Virus record (IMG/VR): IMGVR_UViG_3300048574_000161
Coordinates: 1 to 42,810 of that record
Reading direction: 5' to 3' (one strand)
Length of the DNA stretch: 42,810 nt
Origin: a virus
Taxonomy: Duplodnaviria > Caudoviricetes
Part shown: one piece after another, positions 16,983 through 26,600 of the stretch
Layout of the letters: each line of letters starts with the position of its first letter
Position numbering within the stretch: the stretch's first letter is position 1
The notes under the pieces: generated by a model
Told to the model about the DNA's origin: nothing
Seen by the model: the letters and a program-made list of their open reading frames with translations, nothing else
The model's database searches: none
Translations under genes and position numbers: made by a program

Positions 16983-17393
16983 ATGTCATTCTCCTACCTG
17001 ACCAGCACCGATGTAGGCAAAATGCGCCTGCTGATCCCTGACACCAACCCCGCGGCCCACGTCTTCGAGGACGAGGAATTGGACGCGTGCCTTGGCTTAG
17101 AAGGGGGGCGGGTCAAGCGCGCCGCGGCGCTGGCTTTAGAGACGATGGCCTCCAATGAGGCGTACACGCAAAAGGCGATCCGGCTACTCGACCTCTCCAC
17201 CGATGGGCCGAAGGTGGCCGCCGAACTGCGGGCGCGGGCGAAATCTTTGCGCGAACAGGACGCGGCGGACGCCCTGACCGAACAGACGGCGGACGGCTAT
17301 GCAGGCTTCGAGGTCGCCGAGTGGCCGCTGGGGCCGGCGTCGGACAGGGATTACTTGGAGCGGCGCGGCGCGTGGGGGTGGTGGAGTGCCTAA
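16983..17393 (+). CDS. Head-to-tail adaptor
   Basis: DVGKMRLLIPDT...FEDEELDA...AAALALETMA; position. Confidence 0.75.
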   Translation: MSFSYLTSTDVGKMRLLIPDTNPAAHVFEDEELDACLGLEGGRVKRAAALALETMASNEAYTQKAIRLLDLSTDGPKVAAELRARAKSLREQDAADALTEQTADGYAGFEVAEWPLGPASDRDYLERRGAWGWWSA

Positions 17394-17763
17394 CAATTTG
17401 GGCCTCGTGCATCCGGGCCTGGCGGTCGCACTGTCGCCGGCCTTCTTCCCTTCGCTGCTCACCGTCCAGGGCGCGACGGAAACCCGCACGCCGACGGGCG
17501 CGGTGGTCACGGGCTGGGGCGATGTGGCCGGCCTGGTCGATCTGCCCTGCCGGATTGCGCCGCAAGGGGGACAGGAAAGCCGCACGCAGCAGCAGGTGTT
17601 GACCCAGGACGTGCAGACATGCGTCACGCCTGTGCACTTGCCCGATGTGACCACCAAGCATCAGGCCGTGGTGGACGGCAATGCCTACGACATTGTGAGC
17701 GTGGATTATGACGGCCAGAACCCGCCGCGGTTGACGCGGCTGACGTTGAAAGTGGTGACGTGA
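17386..17763 (+). CDS. Head-tail stopper/closure protein
   Basis: TPTGAVVTGW...VDGNAYDIVSV; start re-called at GTG 17386. Confidence 0.7.
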   Translation: MPNNLGLVHPGLAVALSPAFFPSLLTVQGATETRTPTGAVVTGWGDVAGLVDLPCRIAPQGGQESRTQQQVLTQDVQTCVTPVHLPDVTTKHQAVVDGNAYDIVSVDYDGQNPPRLTRLTLKVVT

Positions 17764-18014
17764 TGGACGAACCGATCCAACCCGCCCAGCCGCAAGGATT
17801 GGCCCAAGGGCTGCCAAAAAAGGCCCTGGCTGCGGTGACACAGAGCACGGTGCTGTACCTGGGCTTGACGCTGCTGATCGTGGTCTTAGGTGCGCTTTTT
17901 CTGGCCTGGAACGACAAGGCCATGCCCGAAGCGGTGATCGCCCTGGCCGGCGTGGCTTTGGGATATTTGGGTAAAGGCGTGCTGGATGGGGATAGCGGGG
18001 CCGGCAATGGCTAA
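17760..18014 (+). CDS. Small two-TM membrane protein (holin-like candidate)
   Basis: Two hydrophobic segments. Confidence 0.5.
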   Translation: MMDEPIQPAQPQGLAQGLPKKALAAVTQSTVLYLGLTLLIVVLGALFLAWNDKAMPEAVIALAGVALGYLGKGVLDGDSGAGNG

Positions 18015-18453
18015 GGCGCGCATCACCATCACCGGCGAGCGCGAATTGATGCGCAAATTCGGGCAACTGTCCGAAGCCGTCCAGGCCAAAAAGCTAGAGC
18101 AGGCGCTAATAACCGGCGCGCTGGTGATCCAGAACGCCGCCAAAGTCAAGGCTCCGTACATCAGCGGCAATTTGCGCCGGTCGATCCACATCGGCGGCCA
18201 CGAAGACCTTGCGAAAGACTACAAGGACATTGTGGATAGCAGCGGCGTGCCTGTGCCGCGGCCCGAACTCGCCAAGGACACGGTGGCCGTCTACGTGGGG
18301 ACAGATGTCAACTACGCGCCGGCGGTCGAATACGGGACGCGCACGCGCCGGCCCAAGCCATACCTGCGCCCGGCGGCGGATGAAAATAAAGACGCGGTTA
18401 AGCGCGAGGTGCGCGAGGCGCTGCGCGATTTAGTGCGCGCAGCGACGCGGTAG
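18007..18453 (+). CDS. HK97 gp10-like tail/neck component
   Basis: APYISGNLRRSI...YAPAVEYGT...PKPYLRPA. Confidence 0.85.
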   Translation: MAKARITITGERELMRKFGQLSEAVQAKKLEQALITGALVIQNAAKVKAPYISGNLRRSIHIGGHEDLAKDYKDIVDSSGVPVPRPELAKDTVAVYVGTDVNYAPAVEYGTRTRRPKPYLRPAADENKDAVKREVREALRDLVRAATR

Positions 18454-18466
18454 GGGAGCGGGGGCT

Positions 18467-18844
18467 GTGGCGGAAAATCTGATCGAGGCGGTGGAACGCC
18501 TGGAACTGGTGATCGGCAGGATTGAGCGGCTGATGTATGGCGAGCCGCCGGGCCGGCCTGGCGGCTTGCTCGCTGAGGTGGAAGGGCTGCGCCGCGATGT
18601 GCAAGGCTTACGCGAGGACGTGCACAGGCTCAAGAGCCGCCGGCCCAATATTTGGGTGTGGGCGGGCGGCTACCTGGTGTTTTTGGTATCGGGGGCGTTC
18701 GCCCTGGTCGGCGCGGTCAACCAGGTGCTGGCGTCGCGCCTGTGGGACATTCCGCCCGTGGTTGCCATGTGGCTGGCCGTGATGCTGGCCGGCGGCGCGC
18801 TGATCATGTTCCTGGGCGGCTTTGGCTGGTTGGATCGTGGGTGA
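18467..18844 (+). CDS. Coiled-coil plus two-TM membrane protein
   Basis: LRRDVQGLREDV coil then two hydrophobic helices. Confidence 0.6.
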   Translation: MAENLIEAVERLELVIGRIERLMYGEPPGRPGGLLAEVEGLRRDVQGLREDVHRLKSRRPNIWVWAGGYLVFLVSGAFALVGAVNQVLASRLWDIPPVVAMWLAVMLAGGALIMFLGGFGWLDRG

Positions 18845-18847
18845 CGC

Positions 18848-19099
18848 GTGGGCCGCAAGCGCGACAAGTGGACAAACGCCTGGGAAGTGGAACGCCTGAC
18901 CCAGCTGCGGGCGGACGTGGATTCAGCATTGGGGCGCTTTCTGACCGAGTGTGTTCGGCAGTCCACCCACGTGGCGCCTGAACTGGCGGACGAATGGCTC
19001 AGGCGGGCGGGGCTGGTGGAGGAATTGCGCGATTGGGCGCTAAAGGACATCGACCGATGGATCACCGAAAAGTGCGAGGAAGATGGGCGGGACTGCTGA
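18848..19099 (+). CDS. Hypothetical protein
   Basis: ORF in operon order. Confidence 0.5.
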   Translation: MGRKRDKWTNAWEVERLTQLRADVDSALGRFLTECVRQSTHVAPELADEWLRRAGLVEELRDWALKDIDRWITEKCEEDGRDC

Positions 19100-19401
19100 T
19101 CGCTGTCCTGCTGCTGGCGCTACTGGCAGCCTGCGCGCCGGTGCAAAACCTGCCACCCACGCCCGCGCCGCGCGACTGGTTCACGCGGCTGGAACTGGAG
19201 ACTGCGCTAATCGCCGCGGGCGTCAGCCCCGACGAGGCCGGCGCGGGCTTGTGCTCGGCTGAACCGAACGCGCCTGATCGCCTGCTGGTCTGCGTCCAGT
19301 ATGGGCCGGAACCGCTTCATTTTTGGTGGGAAGCGCGTTGGGACAGCCAGGCGCAGCGGGTGCGCGTCGAATGGCGGGAAAATGTCGAGGTGCAGATCTA
19401 A
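19057..19401 (+). CDS. Lipoprotein
   Basis: RGRWAGLLIAVLLLALLAA-C lipobox; start 19057 or 19072. Confidence 0.65.
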   Translation: MDHRKVRGRWAGLLIAVLLLALLAACAPVQNLPPTPAPRDWFTRLELETALIAAGVSPDEAGAGLCSAEPNAPDRLLVCVQYGPEPLHFWWEARWDSQAQRVRVEWRENVEVQI

Positions 19402-19796
19402 TGCAGATCGCGCTCACGCTGCACACTGATGAGCGCGCCGGCAGCGCGCAGGTGGTGCGCCTGTCGGTGGATGGGCGCACGTTCGCGCCCGCGGCGGGCG
19501 TGGCGCAGCCGGCGGCGCTGGCCGACCTGGGGCCGCTAGGCGAACTGACGCCCGCTGAGCGCAATGTGCTGCGCCTGATCGCCGCTGGGCTGGGCTATAA
19601 AGTCGCCGCGGTGATCCTGGGGGTGAGCGAGCGCACGATCCGCACCCATGTCAACAGCATCACGAGCAAGCTGGATGTAAACAGCGCGCGCATGGCCGGC
19701 GCGCTGGCGCTGGCGGCGGGCCTCGTGACGATTGAAGATCTGTTGTCGGTTTGGGGTGAGCACCGGCAGCAGATGCTGGGGGAAAGGGCGGACTAG
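19401..19796 (+). CDS. LuxR/GerE-type HTH transcriptional regulator
   Basis: LTPAERNVLRLIAAGLGYKVAAVILGVSERTIRTHVNSITSKLDV; TAATG overlap. Confidence 0.88.
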   Translation: MQIALTLHTDERAGSAQVVRLSVDGRTFAPAAGVAQPAALADLGPLGELTPAERNVLRLIAAGLGYKVAAVILGVSERTIRTHVNSITSKLDVNSARMAGALALAAGLVTIEDLLSVWGEHRQQMLGERAD

Positions 19797-21437
19797 ATGG
19801 CCGGCAAAGTTAACGCGTCCGGCGAGAGTTTTCGCCGCACGGCAAATTTGCCTAGCCGCACTGCGTTCACGCTGGCGGGCTGGGGCTATCGGTACACCAA
19901 CCGCAGCGGGCAATTCCAGTATTTTGCAGGGCTGGAGAACGCAACCAGCAGTTCCACGGGCTATTTGCTGCTGGGTTGGGACTCTACTGGCGCAATGGAT
20001 TGCGCCAGCGACGGTGGCAACCTGACCGTCTCGCCAGCGCCGGCAGTCACCACATGGTTCTACTGGTTTATTCGTTCCAATGGCACGAATAGCTATCAGG
20101 CGGGCTGGAAGCCGGCTGGCGGCTCATGGACGACCGTCACCCTGTCGGCGACGCTGACCTGGACGCCGGCGCTGCTGCCGCTGGGCAACGATAGTTGGGA
20201 TGAGTGGTGCGACATGGCGTTGGAGCGCGTCCGCTGCTGGGACGCGCAGCTCACCAACACCGAGTTGGATGCAGAAATGGCGAGCGCGACGCCGGTCATT
20301 ACGTCGGGGCTGCGCACCAACTGGCCGCTGGTGAGCGACGCCAACGACACGACGGCCAACGCGTACCACCTGACCGCTAACGGGTCGGTGAGTTACGAGG
20401 CGGGGCCGGGGTTCGGCGGCGGCGTGACCGTGACGCCCGCCGCCGCAGTGGCATCTGCAAGCGCAGTTGCGCCTACCGTGGTGCGCGGCGCGATTAGCAG
20501 GACGCCGGAAGCTGCTATGGCCACAGCAGCCGCCATTGCCCCCACTGTTGTGCGTGGGGCGGTGACGGTCATAGCAGCCCCGGCGATTGCGGTCGCCAGT
20601 GCTGCGGCTCCGGCTGTCGTGCGCGGGCCGGTTGTGGTTGCGCCCCCTGCGGCACTCGCCGCGGCTACAGCCGTCGCGCCGGTAGTGGTGCGCGGCCCCG
20701 TGGCCGTGACGCCTGGCGCAGCCATAGCCGCGGCGAGTGCGGTCGATCCGGTGGTGGTGCGCGGGGCGGTTGCGATCACCCCGCCCGCGGCGATTGCGGT
20801 CGCACAAGCCGTTGCACCGACCGTGGTGATTGGTGACGCGCCGGTGACGGTGACGCCGCCCCCAGCCGTGGCCGTGGCCCAAGCGGTTGCGCCTACCGTG
20901 GTGCGCGGGCCGGTGACAATCACGCCCGCGCCAGCCGTGGCCGTGGCCCAAGCGGTTGCACCGACCGTCAACACAGGCGGCGCAACGGTCACGCCCGCCC
21001 CTGCCGTCGCCGTCGCTGAGGCTGTCGCACCGACTGTCGTGCGCGGGGCGGTCACAGTTGCGCCGCCGGCTGCCGTGGCCCAAGCGGAAGCACTCGCGCC
21101 GGCGGTTGTACGTGGGCCGGTGACGGTGACACCCGCCCCGGCAGTTGCGGCGGCTACGGCGGTCGCGCCAACCGTCAACACGGGTGGGATAGCGATCACG
21201 CCGCCGCCGGCCATAGCCGCGGCGAGTGCGGTCGATCCGGTGGTCGTGCGCGGGGCGCTGACGGTAACGCCGTCGCCCGCCGTCGCCGCCGCGAGTGCGC
21301 CCGATCCCGTGGTGATCGTGGGGCTGATCATCTTCCTGGTCAACCTGCACGCGACGCGCAATCTGGGGCTGACCGCGGCGCGCAGTCTGGAACTGAGCGC
21401 CGAACGCAATTTGAGACTGACATATAAAAGGGGGTAG
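19797..21437 (+). CDS. LamG/ConA-like domain plus 13 x ~23-aa Pro/Ala/Val repeat virion protein
   Basis: FTLAGW...ERVRCWDAQLTNTEL; repeat VTVTPxxAVAxAxAVAPTVVRG. Confidence 0.7.
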   Translation: MAGKVNASGESFRRTANLPSRTAFTLAGWGYRYTNRSGQFQYFAGLENATSSSTGYLLLGWDSTGAMDCASDGGNLTVSPAPAVTTWFYWFIRSNGTNSYQAGWKPAGGSWTTVTLSATLTWTPALLPLGNDSWDEWCDMALERVRCWDAQLTNTELDAEMASATPVITSGLRTNWPLVSDANDTTANAYHLTANGSVSYEAGPGFGGGVTVTPAAAVASASAVAPTVVRGAISRTPEAAMATAAAIAPTVVRGAVTVIAAPAIAVASAAAPAVVRGPVVVAPPAALAAATAVAPVVVRGPVAVTPGAAIAAASAVDPVVVRGAVAITPPAAIAVAQAVAPTVVIGDAPVTVTPPPAVAVAQAVAPTVVRGPVTITPAPAVAVAQAVAPTVNTGGATVTPAPAVAVAEAVAPTVVRGAVTVAPPAAVAQAEALAPAVVRGPVTVTPAPAVAAATAVAPTVNTGGIAITPPPAIAAASAVDPVVVRGALTVTPSPAVAAASAPDPVVIVGLIIFLVNLHATRNLGLTAARSLELSAERNLRLTYKRG

Positions 21438-21440
21438 GGG

Positions 21441-21896
21441 ATGGCATCAGGCAAAACTAACCGTGGGCGCAAGCTGGAGCAAGACATCGTATACCGGGGG
21501 GCTACGCCGCCCACTACGTTCTATGTGGCGCTCGTGACCAATGCTGCGGTTCCGACTGTAGACACGAACACCCTGGGCGAACTGACCCAGATCGCAACGG
21601 GCAACGGCTACACGGCTAACGGGATCGCCGTGGCCCGCAACACCACGGACTTTGACGTGTCCACGGAGGACGACACGAACGACCGTTCGATCCTCCAGAT
21701 CAAAGACCTGGCGTGGACGGCTTCGGGCGGGCCGCTGCCGGCGTCGGGGGCAGGAGCCTATTACGCCGTGCTGACTGACGACAATGCCACGCCCGCCAGC
21801 CGCCAGGTGTTCGCTTGGTGGGATTTGTCGGGGCCATTGTCCGTGTCGAGCGGGCAGCCGTTGACGCTGCAAGACCTGGAGCTGCGCACCACATGA
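21441..21896 (+). CDS. Minor tail/collar structural protein
   Basis: FYVALVT...GNGY...WTASGG; position. Confidence 0.6.
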   Translation: MASGKTNRGRKLEQDIVYRGATPPTTFYVALVTNAAVPTVDTNTLGELTQIATGNGYTANGIAVARNTTDFDVSTEDDTNDRSILQIKDLAWTASGGPLPASGAGAYYAVLTDDNATPASRQVFAWWDLSGPLSVSSGQPLTLQDLELRTT

Positions 21897-22213
21897 CCAC
21901 CGTAGCGACGCGCAGCGTAATCGAGGGCCGGCAGCCGCAGGGGGTACGCGAGGCCGTGCGCTACCAGATCACGGTCAAGCCGTCGGCGGTGAGCGTGCCG
22001 CCGGACGCTGTGCGCGTGACGGACGAAACCACGGGCAGCCCGCAAGATGTGACCGAGACCACCGTCACGGGATCGGCGTCTGTCCAGTCCGGCAAGCTGG
22101 TGCTGCCGCTGATCGCCAACCTCCTCGCCGGCCACCTTTACCGCGCCGCCTGCCTGTACTCGGACGGCACGAGCACGCTAGAGGTGTATGTCGAAATTGA
22201 GGCCGAAAGGTAG
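21893..22213 (+). CDS. Small beta-rich structural protein
   Basis: ATGA overlap; start re-called at 21893. Confidence 0.55.
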   Translation: MTTVATRSVIEGRQPQGVREAVRYQITVKPSAVSVPPDAVRVTDETTGSPQDVTETTVTGSASVQSGKLVLPLIANLLAGHLYRAACLYSDGTSTLEVYVEIEAER

Positions 22214-22219
22214 GGGGCC

Positions 22220-22612
22220 GTGATCGAGCAACAGCTATTCGACCAACTGACCACCTTCCCTGGCCTCGCCGCGCTGATCGGAGATCGGGCCTACCCGGCG
22301 CAGCTCCCGCAAGAGGTGACGCTGCCGGCGGTGACTTACCTGCGCGTGAGTGAGGCCCCGGTGCTGCACCGCGACAACCCCAAGCCAGGCTACAGCCGCG
22401 ATCGCTTCCAGCTTGACGGCTGGGCGAATAGCTACGATGGGGCGCTGGCGGTGCGCAAGCAGCTCAGGGGGGCGATGGGTGTGTTCGTGCGCAGCGACTT
22501 CCCGCGGGTCGATGTGGCGCTGCCGGCGGGGGGCAGGGATGCGCCATTGGAGGCAGAGCCGAATCGCTGGCACTGCACATTGGATTACATGATCAGTCAT
22601 GAGGAGGGTTAG
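22220..22612 (+). CDS. Tail completion/terminator (DUF3168-like)
   Basis: LIGDRAYP..LPQEVTLPAVTYLRVS...RFQLDGWA; precedes tail tube. Confidence 0.8.
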   Translation: MIEQQLFDQLTTFPGLAALIGDRAYPAQLPQEVTLPAVTYLRVSEAPVLHRDNPKPGYSRDRFQLDGWANSYDGALAVRKQLRGAMGVFVRSDFPRVDVALPAGGRDAPLEAEPNRWHCTLDYMISHEEG

Positions 22613-22617
22613 AGAGT

Positions 22618-23058
22618 ATGGCCGAGTTTTCAGGGTACAAGACGATCATCGCCCGCGAGACCAGCACGCCGGGCACGTACGAGACCTTTGCGCAGGTGCG
22701 CGACCTGGGCGGCCCCAGTGCGACGGCTGACCAGATCGAAACCTCGCACCGCGATTCGCTGTTCCGCAAATTTCAGGCCGGGATGCGCGACGGCGGCGAA
22801 ATGTCGTTTGACATCGTGTTCGATCCCGACCTGGCGAGCCACGATCCGACGCTGGCGACCAGCACCTACAAGGATTGGGAAAACGGCACGGTGCGCAACT
22901 ACAAGGTGACGTTCCCCGGCACGGGCACGAAGACCACCACCTGCACCTTCAGCGGCGTGATCACGGGCTACGAGTTTGACAGCCCGATGGAAGACGCGCT
23001 GACCGCGGCGATTACGATCAAGATCAACGGCAGCCTGACCTGGGCGCACGTGCCGTAA
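22618..23058 (+). CDS. Major tail tube protein
   Basis: GPSATADQIETSH...GMRDGGEMSF...FSGVITG...ITIKING. Confidence 0.88.
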   Translation: MAEFSGYKTIIARETSTPGTYETFAQVRDLGGPSATADQIETSHRDSLFRKFQAGMRDGGEMSFDIVFDPDLASHDPTLATSTYKDWENGTVRNYKVTFPGTGTKTTTCTFSGVITGYEFDSPMEDALTAAITIKINGSLTWAHVP

Positions 23059-23088
23059 GCAGCAGGGCAAAAGGGAGGATAGGGACAC

Positions 23089-23499
23089 ATGACCGAAAAG
23101 AAGAAGACGCTGGGGCGCGCCGCGCTGACTGGGGGCGGCGGGTTGAAGACGAAGATCGTCAAGGTCGAAGAATGGGCCGGGGACATTCGCCTGCGCGAAC
23201 TGTCGGCGGCGGACATCGGCGAGGCGAGCCGCTACGATGTAGGCAGCCTGGCGACCGACCCGCGGGCAGGCTTGCGGGCGATGGCGTGGCTCGTGTCGCG
23301 CTCGTGGGTGGACGAAGACGGCGATCTGGTGCTGGATGACCAGACCGGAATTGACGATCTGCTGAAGACGCAGCGCGCCGATCTAATCGCCCGCCTGGGC
23401 AACGAGGTGAGCGAACTCTCCGGCCTGCGGCCCGCCGCCGTAGCGGACGCCGAAAAAAACTCCGCGAGCAGCCAGAGCGACGATTCTGGCACGCCCTAG
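23089..23499 (+). CDS. Tail assembly chaperone (lambda gpG-like)
   Basis: VKVEEWAGDIRLRELS; ends with AEKN slippery site. Confidence 0.8.
   Translation: MTEKKKTLGRAALTGGGGLKTKIVKVEEWAGDIRLRELSAADIGEASRYDVGSLATDPRAGLRAMAWLVSRSWVDEDGDLVLDDQTGIDDLLKTQRADLIARLGNEVSELSGLRPAAVADAEKNSASSQSDDSGTP
23454..23460 (+). other. -1 programmed frameshift heptamer A AAA AAC
   Basis: X XXY YYZ pattern; the -1 frame reads LREQPERRFWHALALEIGG into ORF 23502..23903. Confidence 0.85.
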
Positions 23500-23903
23500 C
23501 ATTGGAGATCGGCGGCTGTACGGTCGCCGAACTTCAGGCGCGCATGTCGTTTAACGAGTTTCTCGACTGGATCGCCTTCTTTGGCATCCAGCCGCTAGAG
23601 GCGGACCGCGCCGACCTGCGCAGCGCGCAACTGATCGCCGTGCAAGCGGAGATCAACCGCAACCGCAAAAAGCGCCGCAAGCCGTTCAAGCCAAGCGACT
23701 TCCTGCCGGACTGGTGGGGAGACCGCAAGCGCCGCACGCGCGACGATCCCGACCCACAGGCGCTTATGCTGAAAATGCAGGCGCTGACCGAGGGCTGGGG
23801 CCAAGTGGCGACAAGCGAGACCGACGCCGAGACCGACGCCGAAACTGACGCCGAAACTGAGACCGAACCTTATGGCGAACGTACTAGAGACGCTTTCCGT
23901 TAA
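23460..23903 (+). CDS. Frameshifted chaperone extension (gpT-like)
   Basis: TVAELQARMSFNEFLDWIAFF...ADLRSAQL...FKPSDFLP. Confidence 0.8.
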   Translation, partial: LREQPERRFWHALALEIGGCTVAELQARMSFNEFLDWIAFFGIQPLEADRADLRSAQLIAVQAEINRNRKKRRKPFKPSDFLPDWWGDRKRRTRDDPDPQALMLKMQALTEGWGQVATSETDAETDAETDAETETEPYGERTRDAFR

Positions 23904-25737
23904 GCTCGACGCCGACACCAAGGGCTTTGCGGACGGCCTGGAAACCGCTAAGGGCAAAATGTCCTCCTTTGGCTCCATTGCGCAGGGCGCGCTAATGGGG
24001 TTGGGTATGGGCGCGTTCAACGCCGTGGCGGGCGCGGCGACGGCTGCCGTGGGCTACCTGGGAGACGCGGTGGCGGCGGCCTCCGACCTGGGAGAGACCA
24101 CCAGCAAGATCAATGTGGTCTTTGGCGGCGCGTCGGCCTCGGTAATGGAGTGGTCGGAGGCCGCCGCCACCGCGTTTGGGCAGTCGCAGCAGCAGGCATT
24201 GGACGCCGCCGCCAACTTCGCCATTTTCGGCACGTCCGCAGGGCTGACCGGCCAAGACCTAGTGCGGTTTTCGACCGACTTCACCGGCCTGGCCTCCGAC
24301 CTGGCTTCCTTCAATAACACCAGCCCCCAGCAGGCTATCGACGCGATTGGCGCGGCGCTCAGAGGCGAGGCCGAACCGCTGCGCGCCTATGGCGTGCTGT
24401 TGGATGACGCGTCCATGCGCCAGAAGGCATTAGAGCTTGGCATTGTCGCCACCACCAAGGACGCGCTCACGCCCCAGCAGAAAATATTGGCGGCCCAAGC
24501 GCTGATCTACGAACAGACTTCCTTGGCGCAAGGGGACTTTGCCCGCACGTCGGACGGTCTCGCCAACCAGCAGCGCATCCTCAACGCCGAATGGGAGAAC
24601 ATGCAAACGACGTTGGGTCAGGCGCTGCTGCCGGTCACGCTGGCCTTTACGCAGGGCCTGAACCAGTTGATCCAGGTGGTCATGCCGCCGCTGTCCCAAC
24701 TGATCAATACGGCAGTGATCCCAGCCATGACCGCGCTGGGGGAGACAATCGGCAGCCTGATTGACTTCTTTGCCGCGCTCCTGGGCGAAAACAACAACGT
24801 CAACGAGGCTTTGACCGATCTGCCCGCGCCGATGCAGAACGTAGCGCGGTTCATTGCTGACAACCTGGCCCCGGCCTTTCAATCCCTGGCCGACCTGTTT
24901 GCCTCCACCATCGGGCCGGCTATTGACACAATGGCCGGCTGGTTCACCGCGCTGGGCGCAACCGTCCAAGGCATGGTGTCCCGCGATCTGAATTTCTTCA
25001 GCGGATGGATCGAACAGAACATGCCGCGCATTCAACAGATTGTCGAGACGGTGCTGGGGGCGATCTCTGCGTTCTGGCAGCAGCACGGCGAGACGGTGAC
25101 GAACGTGGTGCAATCCTTCCTGGGGGTCGTGGTCATGCTCTGGGACACCCAGTTCCGCACGATCCTAAACATCGTCCAAGTGGCGCTGCAATTGCTGACC
25201 GGCGACTTTGAGGGGGCGGGGCAGACGCTGCAATCCATCCTCAACGACTGGCACATTTTCTTTGAGAGCACGATCCGCACAATTACGAACGGTATCCGGC
25301 AGTGGTTCCAGGGAGTGGATTGGGGCGGGATCGGTTACGCAATTTTGCAGGGCATCGCCAACGGGATCAGCAACGGCGCGGGCATGATTGCCGACGCAGC
25401 GCGCCAGGCCGCACAATCCGCATTTGAGGCGGCGAAAAACTTCTTGGGCATCCACTCGCCTTCCAAGCTGGCCGCACAGGAGATCGGCGCACCGTTTGCG
25501 CAAGGCATCGGGGTGGGCATCACGGACGCGCTGGGCCGCGTCTCCGGCCAGGTGGCCGCCGGCCTCGACGGCATGATGGGCGGGCTGTCGGCTGGCATCA
25601 CGCCTATCGGGGCGGGGGCTGGGGGTGCTGGGGTCACGGTCGTGCAAAACTTCTATGGCCCAACCGACGCCGCCACAGTGCAAGGGGCGGCCCAAAGCGG
25701 CGTGCTGGCCGCATTGCGCGCGGCGGGGAGGCGTTAG
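23872..25737 (+). CDS. Tape measure protein
   Basis: Ala/Gly-rich helical; DLASFNNTS, LRGEAEPLRAYGV, periodic aromatics, LGIHSPSK. Confidence 0.92.
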   Translation: MANVLETLSVKLDADTKGFADGLETAKGKMSSFGSIAQGALMGLGMGAFNAVAGAATAAVGYLGDAVAAASDLGETTSKINVVFGGASASVMEWSEAAATAFGQSQQQALDAAANFAIFGTSAGLTGQDLVRFSTDFTGLASDLASFNNTSPQQAIDAIGAALRGEAEPLRAYGVLLDDASMRQKALELGIVATTKDALTPQQKILAAQALIYEQTSLAQGDFARTSDGLANQQRILNAEWENMQTTLGQALLPVTLAFTQGLNQLIQVVMPPLSQLINTAVIPAMTALGETIGSLIDFFAALLGENNNVNEALTDLPAPMQNVARFIADNLAPAFQSLADLFASTIGPAIDTMAGWFTALGATVQGMVSRDLNFFSGWIEQNMPRIQQIVETVLGAISAFWQQHGETVTNVVQSFLGVVVMLWDTQFRTILNIVQVALQLLTGDFEGAGQTLQSILNDWHIFFESTIRTITNGIRQWFQGVDWGGIGYAILQGIANGISNGAGMIADAARQAAQSAFEAAKNFLGIHSPSKLAAQEIGAPFAQGIGVGITDALGRVSGQVAAGLDGMMGGLSAGITPIGAGAGGAGVTVVQNFYGPTDAATVQGAAQSGVLAALRAAGRR

Positions 25738-25739
25738 AA

Positions 25740-26600
25740 ATGTATCGCATTTACCAGTTTGGCAGCACACCCCTGCCGCCGGCTATGACGGAAGATGACT
25801 TGAGCACGGGCGAGGTCGAGAGCACGCTGGCCGAAAGCGTCGGCAACCTGTACGACGTTTGGGGCGTGGCCCGGCGGCTGTCGCGCTCGCAGAAGATCAC
25901 CGTGCGCGGCATGTATGAGATTAGCGATTCGGGGCGCTTTGACGACAATCGAACGATCTACCTGATCGACCACCTGGGGCGCTTTGTGGTCGATCACGCG
26001 GGGCGCAACATCATCGCGGACTATGCCGCCCTGGCCCTGCGCCGCAACGTGGACGCGCTCAAGGCCCAGGAGGGCACACGGCAACGGCTCTACCGCCGGC
26101 GCGAAGATGACGGCATGGTGTCCTGGATGCTGGCGCGGCTCCTGCGCGTGGGCTACCTGCGCACGATTGACGACGCCGGGGTCGTAGCGCCAATCGAGGC
26201 CATTTTCGAGACAGCCCAAGCGGCCTGGCGCGCCAACAGCACCAGCACGTACAGCGCAGCCCTGCCCGCCGGCCTCGCCATTCAGAACGGCGGGGATGTG
26301 GCGGTCAATGACGCCGTGTTGACGGTGGCGGCTACGGGCGCAATCTCGTGGGTGGCAATCAAGGGGCCGGGGGTCGATCTCCTGTGGACTGGCTCTTTGG
26401 GCGCGGGGCAGAGTCTAGTAATCGACGCCGGGGCGCAGACGGTGCGCGCGGGCGGCGCTGACCGCTACAGCGGATTGGCACGCGGGGCCGGGCATACGGC
26501 GGCGGGCTGGCTGCCTGTGGCTGTCGGGGCCTCATCCTACATGATCAACGCAGACGGCGCGGGGACGGCCACGCTCACTTTTAACGAGCAACAGCTATGA
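25740..26600 (+). CDS. Distal tail (Dit-like) protein
   Basis: Follows tape measure; NGGDVA...LGAGQSLVIDAG. Confidence 0.7.
   Translation: MYRIYQFGSTPLPPAMTEDDLSTGEVESTLAESVGNLYDVWGVARRLSRSQKITVRGMYEISDSGRFDDNRTIYLIDHLGRFVVDHAGRNIIADYAALALRRNVDALKAQEGTRQRLYRRREDDGMVSWMLARLLRVGYLRTIDDAGVVAPIEAIFETAQAAWRANSTSTYSAALPAGLAIQNGGDVAVNDAVLTVAATGAISWVAIKGPGVDLLWTGSLGAGQSLVIDAGAQTVRAGGADRYSGLARGAGHTAAGWLPVAVGASSYMINADGAGTATLTFNEQQL

Noticed and set aside
23817-23866. 12-bp tandem repeat (ETDA)n
   Set aside because: Low-complexity tail of the frameshifted chaperone; a frame-neutral slippage product
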